Translations under genes and position numbers: made by a program | Assembly: GCA_964016885.1 (NCBI GenBank) | Contig: OZ024742.1 | Coordinates: forward strand, 240,064,001 to 240,128,000 | Direction: 5' to 3' | Length of the DNA stretch: 64,000 nucleotides | Source of the DNA: Eledone cirrhosa | Lineage: Eukaryota | Part shown: in pieces, positions 19,702 through 33,383 of the stretch | Position numbering within the stretch: the stretch's first letter is position 1 | Layout: each line of letters starts with the position of its first letter | Notes under the pieces: generated by a model | Told to the model about the DNA's origin: nothing | Database searches by the model: none | The model's input: only the letters and a program-made list of their open reading frames with translations

Positions 19702-20049
19702 CATCATCATCATCATCATCATCTCATTTTACGTCCACTTTTCCCTGCTTGCAAGGGTGGGACGGGAACTGATTCTGGCTTGATTTCTACAGCTGGATGC
19801 CCTTCCTAACACCAACCTCATTTACAGTGAGTGCTGGGTGCTTTTTTGCCGTGGCACCTCCACGACCACTTTGCAGTGGAATGATAGGGACCCCAGTCCC
19901 TATCATCTCATTTCTACAGCTGAGTAAACTGGAGCAATGTGAAATAAAGTGTCTTGCTCAAGGAAACAACACATCACCCGGTCTGAGAATTGAACTCACA
20001 ACCTTTTGATTGCAAGGCCAATGCTCTAAACACTAAGCCATGTGCCTCC
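19702..20049 (-). mobile_element. tRNA-derived SINE (family S1) with RTE-derived 3' part
   Basis: Minus strand begins GGAGGCACATGGCTTAGTG (A-box-like), then GAGTTCAATTC (B-box-like), a CCTTGAGCAAGACACTT central motif, a block shared with the RTE-B 3'UTR, the RTE-C terminus and (GAT)n. Confidence 0.9.
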
Positions 20050-20453
20050 ATATATATATATATACATATATATACACATATATATATATACATATATATA
20101 CACATATATATATATATACACATATATATATATATACATATATATACACATATATATATATATACATATATATACACATATATAAATATATATATATATA
20201 TACACATATATATATATATACATATATATACACATATATATATATATACATATATATACACATATATATATATATACATATATATACACATATATATATA
20301 CATATATATATACACATATATATATATACATATATATACACATATATATATATACATATATATACACATATATATATATACATATATATACACATATATA
20401 TATATATATACATATATATACACATATATATATATATATACATATATATACAC

Positions 20454-20486
<33 letters not shown>

Positions 20487-20553
20487 CATATATATATACA
20501 CATATATATATACATATATATATACACATATATATATACATATATATATACAC

Positions 20554-20592
<39 letters not shown>

Positions 20593-20707
20593 CATATATA
20601 TATACATATATATATATACATATATATATATATACATATATATATATACATATATATATATACATATATATATATACATATATATATATATACATATACA
20701 TATACAC

Positions 20708-20766
<59 letters not shown>

Positions 20767-20771
20767 AATAC

Positions 20772-20802
<31 letters not shown>

Positions 20803-20873
20803 CATATATATATATACATATATATAAATACATATATATATATATACATATATATATATACATATATATATAC

Positions 20874-20946
<73 letters not shown>

Positions 20947-20987
20947 CATATATATATACATATATATATATATACATATATATATAC

Positions 20988-21050
<63 letters not shown>

Positions 21051-21129
21051 TATATACATATATATATACATATATATATACATATATATATACATATATA
21101 TATACATATATATATACATATATACATAC

Positions 21130-21162
<33 letters not shown>

Positions 21163-21417
21163 CATATATATATACATATATATATACACACATATATATA
21201 TATATACATATATATATACACACATATATATATATATACACATATATATATATACACATATATATATATATACACATATATATACACATATATATATACA
21301 TACATATATATATACACATATATATATATATACACATATATATATACATACATATATATATATATATACACATATATATATACATACACATATATATATA
21401 CATACATATATATATAC

Positions 21418-21448
<31 letters not shown>

Positions 21449-21487
21449 CATACATATATATATATATATATACACATATATATATAC

Positions 21488-21529
<42 letters not shown>

Positions 21530-21537
21530 ATATATAC

Positions 21538-21579
<42 letters not shown>

Positions 21580-21597
21580 ATATATACATACATGTAT

Positions 21598-21631
<34 letters not shown>

Positions 21632-21639
21632 ATATATAC

Positions 21640-21681
<42 letters not shown>

Positions 21682-21705
21682 ATATATACATACATGTATA
21701 TATAT

Positions 21706-21754
<49 letters not shown>

Positions 21755-21755
21755 C

Positions 21756-21802
<47 letters not shown>

Positions 21803-21833
21803 CATATATATATATATACATATATATATATAC

Positions 21834-21864
<31 letters not shown>

Positions 21865-22020
21865 CATATATACATATATATATATACATACATATATATA
21901 TATATATACATATATACATATATATATATACATACATATATATATATACATATACATATATATATATACATACATATATATATATATACATATACATATA
22001 TATACATATACATATATATA
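20050..22020. repeat. Interrupted (TA)n/(TACA) array, ~2 kb
   Basis: Direct reading. Confidence 0.97.
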
Positions 22021-22341
22021 CATCATCATCATTTCATTTTACGTCCGCTTTTGCCTTGCTTGCAAGGGTGGGACGGGAACTGATGCTGGCTTGATTTCTA
22101 CAGCTGGATGCCCTTCCTAACACCAACCTCATTTTACAGTGAGTGCTGGGTGTTATTTTGCCGTGGCACCTCCACGATCACTTTGCAGTGGAATGATATG
22201 GACCCCAGTCCCTATCATCTCATTTCTACAGCTGAGTAAACTGGAGCAATGTGAAATAAAGTGTCTTGCTCAAGGAAACAACACATCACCCGGTCTTTCG
22301 ATTGCAAGGCCAATGCTCTAACCACTAAGCCATGTGCCTCC
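22021..22341 (-). mobile_element. SINE S1 copy with the B-box region deleted
   Basis: Near-identical to 19702-20049 except for a ~20-bp deletion at cggtct|ttcgattg. Confidence 0.9.
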
Positions 22342-22516
22342 ATATATATATATATATATATTTTTTTTTAGTTATGTAATAAAAAACATAAGATAAATAT
22401 TTCATTTACCAGTGGTTTCTTGAATAATTATCTTATGTTGTTTATTACATAACTAATAAGCTCTGTAGCCTACATAGAGCACACTTTTTTCCTGTACCTT
22501 TCCTACGGAATTACTT

Positions 22517-22587
<71 letters not shown>

Positions 22588-22599
22588 TCATGTTAGCTC

Positions 22600-22880
22600 A
22601 AACAACAGCAACTACAACAACACTACCAACCACAACACCACCACAACAACCACAACACTACCATAACAACCACAACACCACCACCGCCACAACAACACCA
22701 CCACCAACCACATCAACACTACCACCACCATCATCACTACCACCACCACAACAGCAGCACCACCACCACCACACTACAACACTATGCCTACCCCCACCAA
22801 TACTACCAACCACCACACCACCACCACACCAACATCACAACTACAACACTACCAACCACCACAACAACAACCACAACAGT
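22600..22880. repeat. Degenerate (CAC/CAA)n low-complexity tract
   Basis: Direct reading. Confidence 0.9.
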
Positions 22881-22924
22881 AATTCTAAGAATCTGACCAA
22901 TATCTTACTGTATATATATACATA

Positions 22925-22955
22925 CTAGCAGTGGTACCCGGCGTTGCACGGGATA
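22925..22955 (-). mobile_element. Helitron-like 3' terminus (GC hairpin plus CTAG|T)
   Basis: Minus strand reads CCCG-TGCAACGC-CGGG-TACCACTG-CTAG-T, the layout of Helitron 3' ends. No body found. Confidence 0.55.
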
Positions 22956-22988
22956 AGGTATTATATACATATTTATATATATATATAC

Positions 22989-23049
<61 letters not shown>

Positions 23050-23135
23050 CATACATATATATATATATATACATACATATTTATATATATATATATATAC
23101 ATACATACGTACATATATATATATATATAGATACA

Positions 23136-23181
<46 letters not shown>

Positions 23182-23320
23182 CATACATACATATTTATAT
23201 ATATATACATACATATATACATACATACATACATATTTATATATATATACATACATATTTATATATATATATATATATATACATACATACATATTTATAT
23301 ATATATACATACATATATAT

Positions 23321-24746
23321 GAAAACTAGGTGTTGATGAATGGCTTGTGAGAGCTAAGCCATGTATAAAGAAACAGTCAGCAAGGTTAGAATTAATAATG
23401 AATATAGTGAAGTGTTTACCGTAAAAGTTGGTGTTCATCAGGGCTCCGTCCTTAGCACCCTCCTATTTATTATTGCCCTTCAGGCTATAACAGAGGAGTT
23501 CAAGACCGGCTGCCTATGGGAACTCCTATATGCTGATGATCTAACGCTTATAGCTGAATCAATGGCTGAACTAGAGAAGAAATTCCAAACATGGCCTAGA
23601 ATCAAAAGGCCTTACAATTAACCTTTCTAAAACTAAAGTTCTAGTATGTAGGAAGGAAAATAGGACACTGGTCCCATCTGGGAAATGGCCATGCTCAGTG
23701 TGTAGGAAAGGAGTAGGCAGAAACTCCATTTTATGTCCCAAATGCAAAGTATGGGTGCACAAAAGATGTAGTAGGAATACTAGCCCATTCCATTGCACAG
23801 ATGGTTCTATAGAAATAGTGAACACCTTCCATTAGCTGGGTGACAAAATCAGCAGTGGTGGAGAGTGCTCTGAAAGTACAGTAGCTACAGTCCGAACGGG
23901 ATGGAAAAAGTTCAGAGAGCTTATACCACTATTGGCTGCTAAAGGTTTCTCTCTAAAAATGAAAGGCAGGCTGTATGATGCCTGCATATGAACAGCAATG
24001 TTACATCACAGTGAGACTTAGGCATTGTGTGCAGACGATCTACGCAGACTGGAGAGCAACGAAGCTTGCATGCTCCGTTGGATGTGTAATAGTAATATAC
24101 GTGAACGGCAAAGCATAAATAAACTAAGTGAGATCAGATGCTGTTTACTCGAGAGAAGACTACGTTGGTATGGTCACGTGATGCGCATGAAAGACGACAG
24201 CTGTATAAAAAAGTGCGGGGCGATCAAAATAGACGGTAGCCACGGAGTAGGCAGACCCAGAAAAACCTGGGACGACTTGATAAATTCCGACCTCACACAC
24301 TTACACCTCTCCAAGACAATGTCACTGGACCGAGACCTTTGGCGCTAGGCAGTAATACAGAAGACTCGCCTTGCCTAAGTGCAAAGCGAAACCTACAGTC
24401 AGTAGACACCTCTTACCAAAATACAACCCCTTCCCACTACCCCCACCCCATCCCCTTTCGATGTAAAGTTATGTTGGTACCACAACATCCAGTCCTAAAT
24501 AAATGAGGTCGTGTAGGTGTCACGACAAAAAACACAGTCCACGCTGTAATGTGGCCGTGTAGGTAACACGGTAAAAACCTCCCAGTCCACACTGTAAACG
24601 TGGTTGGTGTTAGGAAGAGCATCCAGCCGTAGAAAGCCCGCCAGACAGTCCTATACGAGCAAGACAACCAATCTTGCCTCAAGTGGGAAAATTCCCGTCC
24701 AAACCCATGCTAGCGTGGAAGATGGACATTAAACGATGATGATGAT
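23321..24746 (+). mobile_element. RTE family A variant, 5'-truncated, several stops and deletions
   Basis: [13 protein letters not shown] and [11 protein letters not shown] motifs. The distal part of the PHD finger is deleted near 23770. (GAT)n tail. Confidence 0.93.
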
Positions 24747-24766
24747 ATATATATATATACATACAT

Positions 24767-26261
24767 TACAAGCCATGTATAGGGGAGAAGTCAGCAAAGT
24801 TAGGATTAGCAATGAGTATAGCGAGGAATTTAGCGTACAGGTTGGGGTCCACCAGGACTCTGTTCTTAGCCCTCTCCTGTTCATCATAGTCCTGCAGGCA
24901 ATAAAAGAGGAGTTTAAGACCGGATGCCCATGGGAACTCCTGTATGCTGATGACCTCACACTTATAGCTGAATCTATAGTAGAACTAGAGAAGAAATTCC
25001 AAACTTGGAAGCAGGGACTAGAAAGAAAGGGTCTCAAAGTCAACATGACAAAGACTAAGGTCCTTGTAAGTAGACGAGAAAACAGAACCCAGATCCCCTC
25101 AGGGAAATGGCCTTGCTGAGTATGTAGGAAAGGTGTAGGTAGGAACTCCATTCTCTGCCCCAAATGCAAACAATAGGTACACAAGAGATGTAGCGGGATC
25201 TCAGGAAGCTTAATTAAGAATGTAGGATTCACATGCAGCAGCTGTGCTGAAACAGCAAGCAAACAGCCACAGGAAACAAGTACCACCAATCTCTGGGAGG
25301 GCCCTGTAGAAACAGTAGACAGCTTCTGCTACCTAGGTGACCGAATTAGCAACGGAGGTGGGTGCTCAGAAAGTACAATAACTAGGGTAAGAACGGGATG
25401 GAAGAAGTTTAGGGAACAGAACCCAGATCCCCTCAGGGAAATGGCCTTGCTCAGTATGTAGGAAAGGTGTAGGTAGGAACTCCATTCTCTGCCCCAAATG
25501 CAAACAATGAGTACACAAGAGATGTAGAGTGATCTCAGAAAGCTTAATTAAGAATGTAGGCTTCACATGTAGCAGCTTTACTGGGACAGCAAGCAGCAAA
25601 CAGCCACAGGAAACAAGTACCACCAATCTATGGGAGGGCTCTGTAGAGACAGTAGACAGCTTCTGCTACCTAGGGAACTACTACCACTGCTAGCTGCAAA
25701 AGGCTTCTCCCTCAAAATGAAAGGCAGACTGTATGATGCGTGTATCCGAACAGCGATGTTACATGGTAGTGAGACCTGGGCGCTGAAGGTGGAGCACTAG
25801 AAGTCGATGGAAACCTCGGAATGGGGAGACCCAAGATGACCTGGGATGAGGTGATAAAAGCTGACCTTACCCAATTACACCTCTCAAAAGCGATGACACA
25901 GGACCGTGACCACTAGCGTCACGCAGTAATACAGAGTACCCGACCTCCCATGGGTACAAGCTGAAGCATATAGACAATATGCCTCCACACCCTCCCACCA
26001 CAAGGTGGTCGTGGAGGTGCCACGGCAAAAAAGCACCCAGCCCACACTGTAAAGTGGACGTGTAGGCGCCACGAAAAAGCACCCGGCACTCACTGTAAAT
26101 GAGGTTGGTGTTAGGAAGGGCATCCAGCTGTAGAAATCAAGCCAAATCAGTTCCTGTATGAGCAAGGCATGGTCAGCCGACCAGACACTGCCAACAACAG
26201 GACAACCCGTCTAACCCATGCTAGTGTGGAAGAACGGACGTAAAACGGTGATGATGATGAT
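24767..26261 (+). mobile_element. Rearranged/chimeric RTE family B copy
   Basis: RT segment 24767-25417, then a second divergent copy of the PHD segment (25415-25674), deletions near 25674 and 25792, then the B 3'UTR and (GAT)n. Confidence 0.92.
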
Positions 26262-26367
26262 ACATATATATCATCATCATATATATATATATATATATAT
26301 GTAGGAGGTGAGTTTTATTGTAGTACAATAAAGCAATGCAGATATCGGATAAGAAGCACTCTATAGT

Positions 26368-26487
26368 GAAGGCGTGTGGCTGAGTGGTTAGAGAATTGGA
26401 TTCGCAATCGTAAGGTTGTGAGTTCGATTCCTGGACCAGGCGATGCGTTATGTCCTTGAGCAAGACACTTTATATTCACGTTGCTCC
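26368..26487 (+). mobile_element. tRNA-derived SINE head (S1-related), 3'-truncated
   Basis: TGGCTGAGTGG A-box, GAGTTCGATTCC B-box, then CCTTGAGCAAGACACTTT. Confidence 0.8.
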
Positions 26488-26582
26488 TTCTACCTGGATT
26501 TGCGACCGATAGATAGTATTAGCAATTGGAAAGACCAACGGAAACATTGTTCCCCGGTCTGATTTGACGAAAGTCGATCGTT

Positions 26583-26629
<47 letters not shown>

Positions 26630-26642
26630 ATATATCAACATC

Positions 26643-26725
<83 letters not shown>

Positions 26726-26730
<5 letters not shown>

Positions 26731-27495
26731 CCTGGGCATTGTGTGCAGAGGATATACGCAGACTAGAGAGGAACGAAGCTTGCATGCTCCGCTGGATGTG
26801 TAATAGTAATATACGCGAACGGCAAAGCATAATCGAACTAAGGGAAAAATTAGAAATAAGAGGGATCAGATGCTGTTTAGTCGAGTGAAGGCTACGTTGA
26901 TATGGTCACGTGATGCGCATGAAAGACGACAGCTGTATAAAAAAGTGCAGGGCAATAAAGATAGACGGTAGCCACGGAGTAGGCAGACCCAGAAAAACCT
27001 GGGACGACCTGATAAATTCCGACCTCACACACTTACACCTCTCCAAGACAATGTCACTGGACCGAGATCTTTGGCGGTACTCAGTAATAGAGAAGACCCG
27101 CCTTACCTGAATACAAAGTAAAACCTACTCCAGTCAGTAGGCATCTCTAACAAAACACACCCCGACCCACCACCCCCACCCCAACCACACCGCCCCTTTC
27201 AATGTAAAGTTATGTTGGTGCCACAACATCCAGGCCGAAACAAATGAGATCGTGTAGGTGTCACGACAAAAAAACACACAGTCCACGCTGTAATGTGGCC
27301 GTGTAGGCAACACGGTAAAAACCTCCCAGTCCCACACTGTAAATGTGGTTGGTGTTAGGAAGGGCATCCAGCTGTAAAAAAACCGCCAGACAGTCCTATG
27401 CGAGCAAGACAACCACTCTTGCCTCAAGTGGGAAAACCCCCGTCAAAAACCCATGCAAGCGTGGAACATGGACGTTAAACGATGATGATGATGAT
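26726..27495 (+). mobile_element. RTE family A, 5'-truncated 3' part
   Basis: [22 protein letters not shown], the A-type 3'UTR and a (GAT)n tail. TA arrays on both sides. Confidence 0.94.
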
Positions 27496-27536
27496 ATATA
27501 TATATATGTATGTATGTATATATATATATCATCATC

Positions 27537-27567
<31 letters not shown>

Positions 27568-28051
27568 TATATACATATTTATATATATATATATATATAC
27601 ATATTTATACATATTTATATATATATATAAATATCTATATCCTAAACGGACGGTAGTCCGTTTAGTAATATTGTTGTGGTCGTGTTTTCGTTGGCAATCG
27701 CCTGTTTATGACAGTACAGCGCGGCTCTACTTTATTTAACTGAGATAAAACTTATATGAGCATGAACAGTAGATCATTACGCATCTTTTGGCTTAAAAAT
27801 CTAGAAATTTGGTCCAGCGGGAAAAAGTTTATAATCAAGTTTGCTGATAAATCTTGTGTTCAAGTGACTGAGTAGTAAGCATGATGCTAGGGGAGGTAAT
27901 CCAGAAATGACGTAGCTTTGTCATTAAGCCAGTTGCCTCAACTAGATTGCAATTATACTCAAAAGAACTTTAAAATGTCAATCACTTGTCAGTAATTCAC
28001 TATGATCATTTAATTATTAGATAGATGTTGCATTGCCTTAAAAAATAGTAG

Positions 28052-29162
28052 ACCAGATAGAAAAATGCGTACAGCAAAAAAAAGTAATATTGTTGGAATA
28101 TAAACCTTTACAAATACAGGACAAGAAACGAATATAAAACTTTAAAAGAATAGGACAAGAAACTAAGATAAAACTTTAAAGAATTGGACAAGAAATAAAA
28201 AATGTTACAATAATATTAGTGGCAAAATTTTTTTATTCGTTTCCTGTGCTATGCCCCAGTATCTTCTTGATTAGTGCATAATAATTGTCATGCTCTCATT
28301 GTGCGTTGCCCCTGAGCGGTTGGTTCTGGTTGGGGTTGGTTGGCTGAGCAGTTCTGCTCCGTCAGAATGACCATTGCAAGAAGAATTGGCCGATGCAGCT
28401 GCAGGTCTCCTCCAAGAATGCACTTCTGGTCCCGCAACACCAGACGAAGATGGAGAAGACGACCGGGACAAGATGTCGACTCTGACCACCGACTCCGGCA
28501 CCTCCCTCCCTCTGTCCTGTCATCCCTCCAGTCCTCCTGCTCCCCCTTCCTGTGCCAGAAAGCTGTGGCACGCATTCATCTGGACTGCTGGACTTGAACT
28601 CAAGGACAAGATGCAAAGAGAAGATGGACGGGTTGGTCAAGATCAAGGATGAGTGGGACGACAAGACCGCCCGCTGCTGCTCAAGATCTATGCTCATGGG
28701 CCCATGGGTCCATTCACATTATGCATGACACATGAGGCGTGTCGCCGAATGATGAACTAGGGGTATGGTTATGGCCCAATTGGTGTTCTAACCAGGATCA
28801 AATGATCCCCCCGGTCTGACGACGACCTCTGAATGTCGAACCCAGAGCCTATGAATATGGAACTCGATTTTTTACCAATAAAAATGTTGCCACTAATATT
28901 ATTGTCAAATTTTTTATTTCTTGTCCAATTCTTCAAAGTTTTATCTTAGTTTCTTGTCCTATTCTTTTAAAGTTTTATCTTAGTTTCTTGTCCTATTCTT
29001 TTAAAGTTTTATCTTAGTTTCTTGTCCTATTCTTTTAAAGTTTTATCTTAGTTTCTTGTCCTATTCTTTTAAAGTTTTATCTTAGTTTCTTGTCCTGTAT
29101 TTGTAAAGGTTTATATTCCAACAATATTACTTTTTTTTGCTGTACGCATTTTTCTATCTGGT
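28052..29162. mobile_element. Foldback-type DNA element: long TIRs with internal ~34-bp tandem repeats around a GC-rich core
   Basis: Left arm accagatagaaaaatgcgtacagc.. (28052-~28237) is the reverse complement of the right arm (~28877-29162). The unit ggacaagaaactaagataaaactttaaaagaata occurs ~2x on the left and ~5x on the right. Confidence 0.8.
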
Positions 29163-29410
29163 ATATATATATACATATTTATACATATATATATATATAT
29201 ATATACATATTTATATATATATATATATATATACATATACAAATTTATATATATATACATACATATTTATATATATATACATACATATTTATATATATAT
29301 ACATATTTATATATATATATACAAATTTATATATATATACACAAATTTATATATATATACACAAATTTATATATATATACATACATATTTATATATATAT
29401 ATACATATTT

Positions 29411-30573
29411 ATCATCATCATCATCATTTTACGTCCGCTTTTCCCTGCTTGCAAGGGTGGGACGGGTCTTATTCAGCACAGCATCTCTCCACTCGTCACG
29501 GTCCCTCGTCATCTCCACCGTGAGCTTCAATGATCTGAGGTCTGTTCTCACCACCTCCGCCCATGTTTTTCGTGGTCTACCTCTACCACGTCTTCCTTCA
29601 ACTGGCATTTCCTGGCACTTCTTCACCCATCGGTCATCCTCCATGCGCATCACATGTCCATACCACCTCAGTCTCCTCTCCCGTACACTACATTCTATCC
29701 CTCTCAGACACAGTTTCTCTCACAACACATTTATGCTGGGTCGTTCACGCACATTTACACTGCACATCCAACGGAGCATGCTTGCCTCATTTCTCTCCAG
29801 CCGTCGCATATCTTCTGCGGTTGCTGCCCATGTCTCACTACCATGCAGCATCGCGCTCCTCACACAGGCATCATACAACCGGCCTTTCGTACGCAGGGAG
29901 AAACCCTTCTTCGTCAACAGAGGAAGCAGCTCCCTAAACTTCTTCCAACCCGTCCTTATTCTAGATACTATAGCCTCGGAACACCCTCCTCCCATGCTAA
30001 TCTGATCTCCTAGGTACCGGAAGCTATCCACCACTTCTATAGTGCCCTCTCGCATTTGAAAAATGTGTCTATCAGTGCGACTTCTACTGTCTAATTTCCC
30101 TGTACATCTACTGCATACATATTTCTCCCTACCTGTTAGTTTGCCTGCTATCCCGCTACATCTCTTGTGTACCCAGGACCTACATTGTGTGCATTTTATA
30201 GAATTTATGCCAGTTCCTTTTCTGCATATCAAACATGGCCATTTCCCTGACGGAATCAGGGTTTTGTCCTCTTTTCTACTCATCAACACTTTTGTCTTAG
30301 CTAGATTTACTCTCAGTCCTCTTGCTTCCAACTGCTGTTTCCATAGCCGGAATTTATTCTCTAGCTCCTCTACTGATTCTGCCATAAGAGCCAGATCGTC
30401 AGCATAGAGAAGTTCCCATGGACAGCCAGTCTTAAACTCCTCTGTTATGGCTTGGAGGACTATAATGAACAAGAGCGGGCTGAGGACCGAACCCTGATGT
30501 ACTCCTACTTGTATCTGGAATTCCACACTAAACTCCATTCCTACCCTGACTTTACTGAGAGTACCTCTGTACA
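29411..30573 (-). mobile_element. RTE family C, 5'-truncated, with essentially no 3'UTR
   Basis: ORFs 29720-30573 and 29429-29653: YADD, PHD finger CLIC..CTQC..VHKRC..CSRC, FRYLG. The frame ends [13 protein letters not shown] right at the (GAT)n tail. Confidence 0.94.
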
Positions 30574-30940
30574 ATATATATAAATTTATATATATATACA
30601 TACATATTTATATATATATATATAAATTTATATATATATACATACATATTTATATATATATATACATATTTATATATATATACATACATATTTATATATA
30701 TATATACATATTTATATATATATATACATATTTATATATATATACATACATATTTATATATATATATACATATTTATATATATATATACATATTTATATA
30801 TATATATACATACATATTTATATATATATATACATATTTATATATATATATACATATTTATATATATATATATAAATTTATTTATACATACATAAATTTA
30901 TATATATATACATACATATTTATATATATATATACATATT

Positions 30941-30971
<31 letters not shown>

Positions 30972-31028
30972 TTATATATATATATATAAATTTATCTATA
31001 TATACATACATATTTATATATATATACA

Positions 31029-31069
<41 letters not shown>

Positions 31070-31073
31070 TTAT

Positions 31074-31543
31074 ATCATCATCATCATCATCATCAACGTT
31101 TAACGTCCATGTTCCACGCTTGCATGGGTTTGGACGGGGGTAGTCCCACTTGAGGCAAGAGTGATTGTCTTGCTCGCATAGGACTGTCTGGCAGGTTTTC
31201 TACAGTTGGATGCCCTTCCTAACACCAACCACATTTACAGTGTGGGTCTGGGAGGTTTTTACCGTGTTGCCTACACGGCCACATTACAGCGTGGACTGTG
31301 TGTTTTTTTGTCGTGACACCTACACGATCTCATTTGTTTCGGCCTACACGATCTCATTTGTTTCGGCCTGGATGGCGCGGCACCAACATAACTTTACATA
31401 GAACGGGGTGGTGTGGATGGGGTGGGGGTGGTGGTGGTGGGACGGGGTGTATTTTGTTAGAGATGCCTACTGGCTGGAGTAGGTTTTACTATATATATTT
31501 AGGTAAGGCGGGTCTTCTCTGTTACTGAGTACCGCCAAAGGTC

Positions 31544-31544
<1 letters not shown>
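31074..31544 (-). mobile_element. RTE family A 3' end (last codons and 3'UTR) with a 24-bp tandem duplication
   Basis: Nearly identical to 1-400. cctacacgatctcatttgtttcgg is repeated at ~31319-31366. Confidence 0.93.
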
Positions 31545-31574
<30 letters not shown>

Positions 31575-31911
31575 TTATATATATATACATATTTATATAT
31601 ATATACATATATATATACATATTTATATATATATACATATATATATACATATTTATATATATATACATATTTATATATATATACATATATATATACATAT
31701 TTATATATATATACATATTTATATATATATACATATTTATATATACATATATATATATATATATACATATTTATATATACATATTTATATATATATATAC
31801 ATATTTATATATACATATTTATATATATATATATATATACATTTATATATACATATTTATATATATATATATATACATTTATATATACATATTTATATAT
31901 ATATATATACA

Positions 31912-31968
<57 letters not shown>

Positions 31969-32065
31969 ACATATTATATATATATATACATATTTATATA
32001 TATATATTTATATATATATATACATATTATATATATATATACATATTATATATATATATACATAT

Positions 32066-32667
32066 AGCATAAATGAATTGAGAGAGAGACTGAGCATAAG
32101 AGGAATCAAATGCTGCGTGCAGGAGAGGCGGTTACGCTGGTATGGACATGTGATGCGTATGAAGGATGACAGCTGCATAAAAAGGTGCAGAGCACTAGAA
32201 GTTGATGGAAACCGCGGAGTGGGGAGACCCAAGATGACTTGGGATGAGGTGATAAAAGCCGACCTTACCCAACTACACCTCTCAAAGTCAATGACACACG
32301 ACCGTGACTTCTGGCGTCACGCAGTAATACAGGGTACCCGACCTCCCATGGGTACATGCTGAAGCATATAAACAATATGCCCCCCCCCCCCCCACCGCAA
32401 GGTGGTCGTGGAGGTGCCACGGCAAAAAAGCACCCAGCCCACACTGTAAAGTGGACGTGTAGGCGCCACGAAAAAGCACCCAGCACTCACTGTAAATGAG
32501 GTTGGTGTTAGGAAGGGCATCCAGCTGTAGAAATCAAGCCAGATCAGTTCCTGTATGAGCAAGGCATGGTCAGCCGACCAGACACTGCCCACAACAGGAC
32601 AACCCGTCTAACCCATGCTAGCGTGGAAGAACGGACGTAAAACGGTGATGATGATGATGATGATGAT
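32066..32667 (+). mobile_element. RTE family B 3' fragment
   Basis: [33 protein letters not shown], the B-type 3'UTR and (GAT)n. Confidence 0.94.
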
Positions 32668-33300
32668 ATATACATATTTATATATATATATATATATATT
32701 TATACATATTTATATATATATATATATAAATTTATATATATATACATATTTATATATATACATACATATTTATATATATACATACATATTTATATATATA
32801 CATACATATTTATATATATATATATACATATTTATATATATATATATACATATTTATATATATACACATATTTATATATATACATATATATATATATAAA
32901 TATTTATATATATATATATACATACATATTTATATATATATACATATTTATATATATACATATATTTATATATATATACATATATATATATATACATACA
33001 TATTTATATATATATATACATATTTATATATATATACATATTTATAAATATATACATATTTATATATATATATACATATTTATATATATATACATATTTA
33101 TAAATATATACATATTTATATATATATACATATTTATATATATATATACATATTTATAAATATATACATATTTATATATATATACATATTTATATATATA
33201 TACATATTTATATATATATACATATTTATATATATACATATATTTATATATATACATATATATATATAAATATATATATATACATATTTATATATATACA

Positions 33301-33383
<83 letters not shown>

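Noticed and set aside
19975-20049. tRNA-like sequences (also 22300-22341, 26368-26440, 38590-38663)
   Set aside because: SINE heads: A/B boxes run into a SINE body and no acceptor stem closes.
22572-22928. Thr/Pro/His-rich mucin-like ORF
   Set aside because: Translation of a (CAC/CAA)n low-complexity tract with no splice or homology support.
28915-29095. Regular ~34-bp repeats, and the 20-bp repeats at 41-42 kb, as a CRISPR array
   Set aside because: Head-to-tail with no unique spacers, no cas genes, eukaryotic context.
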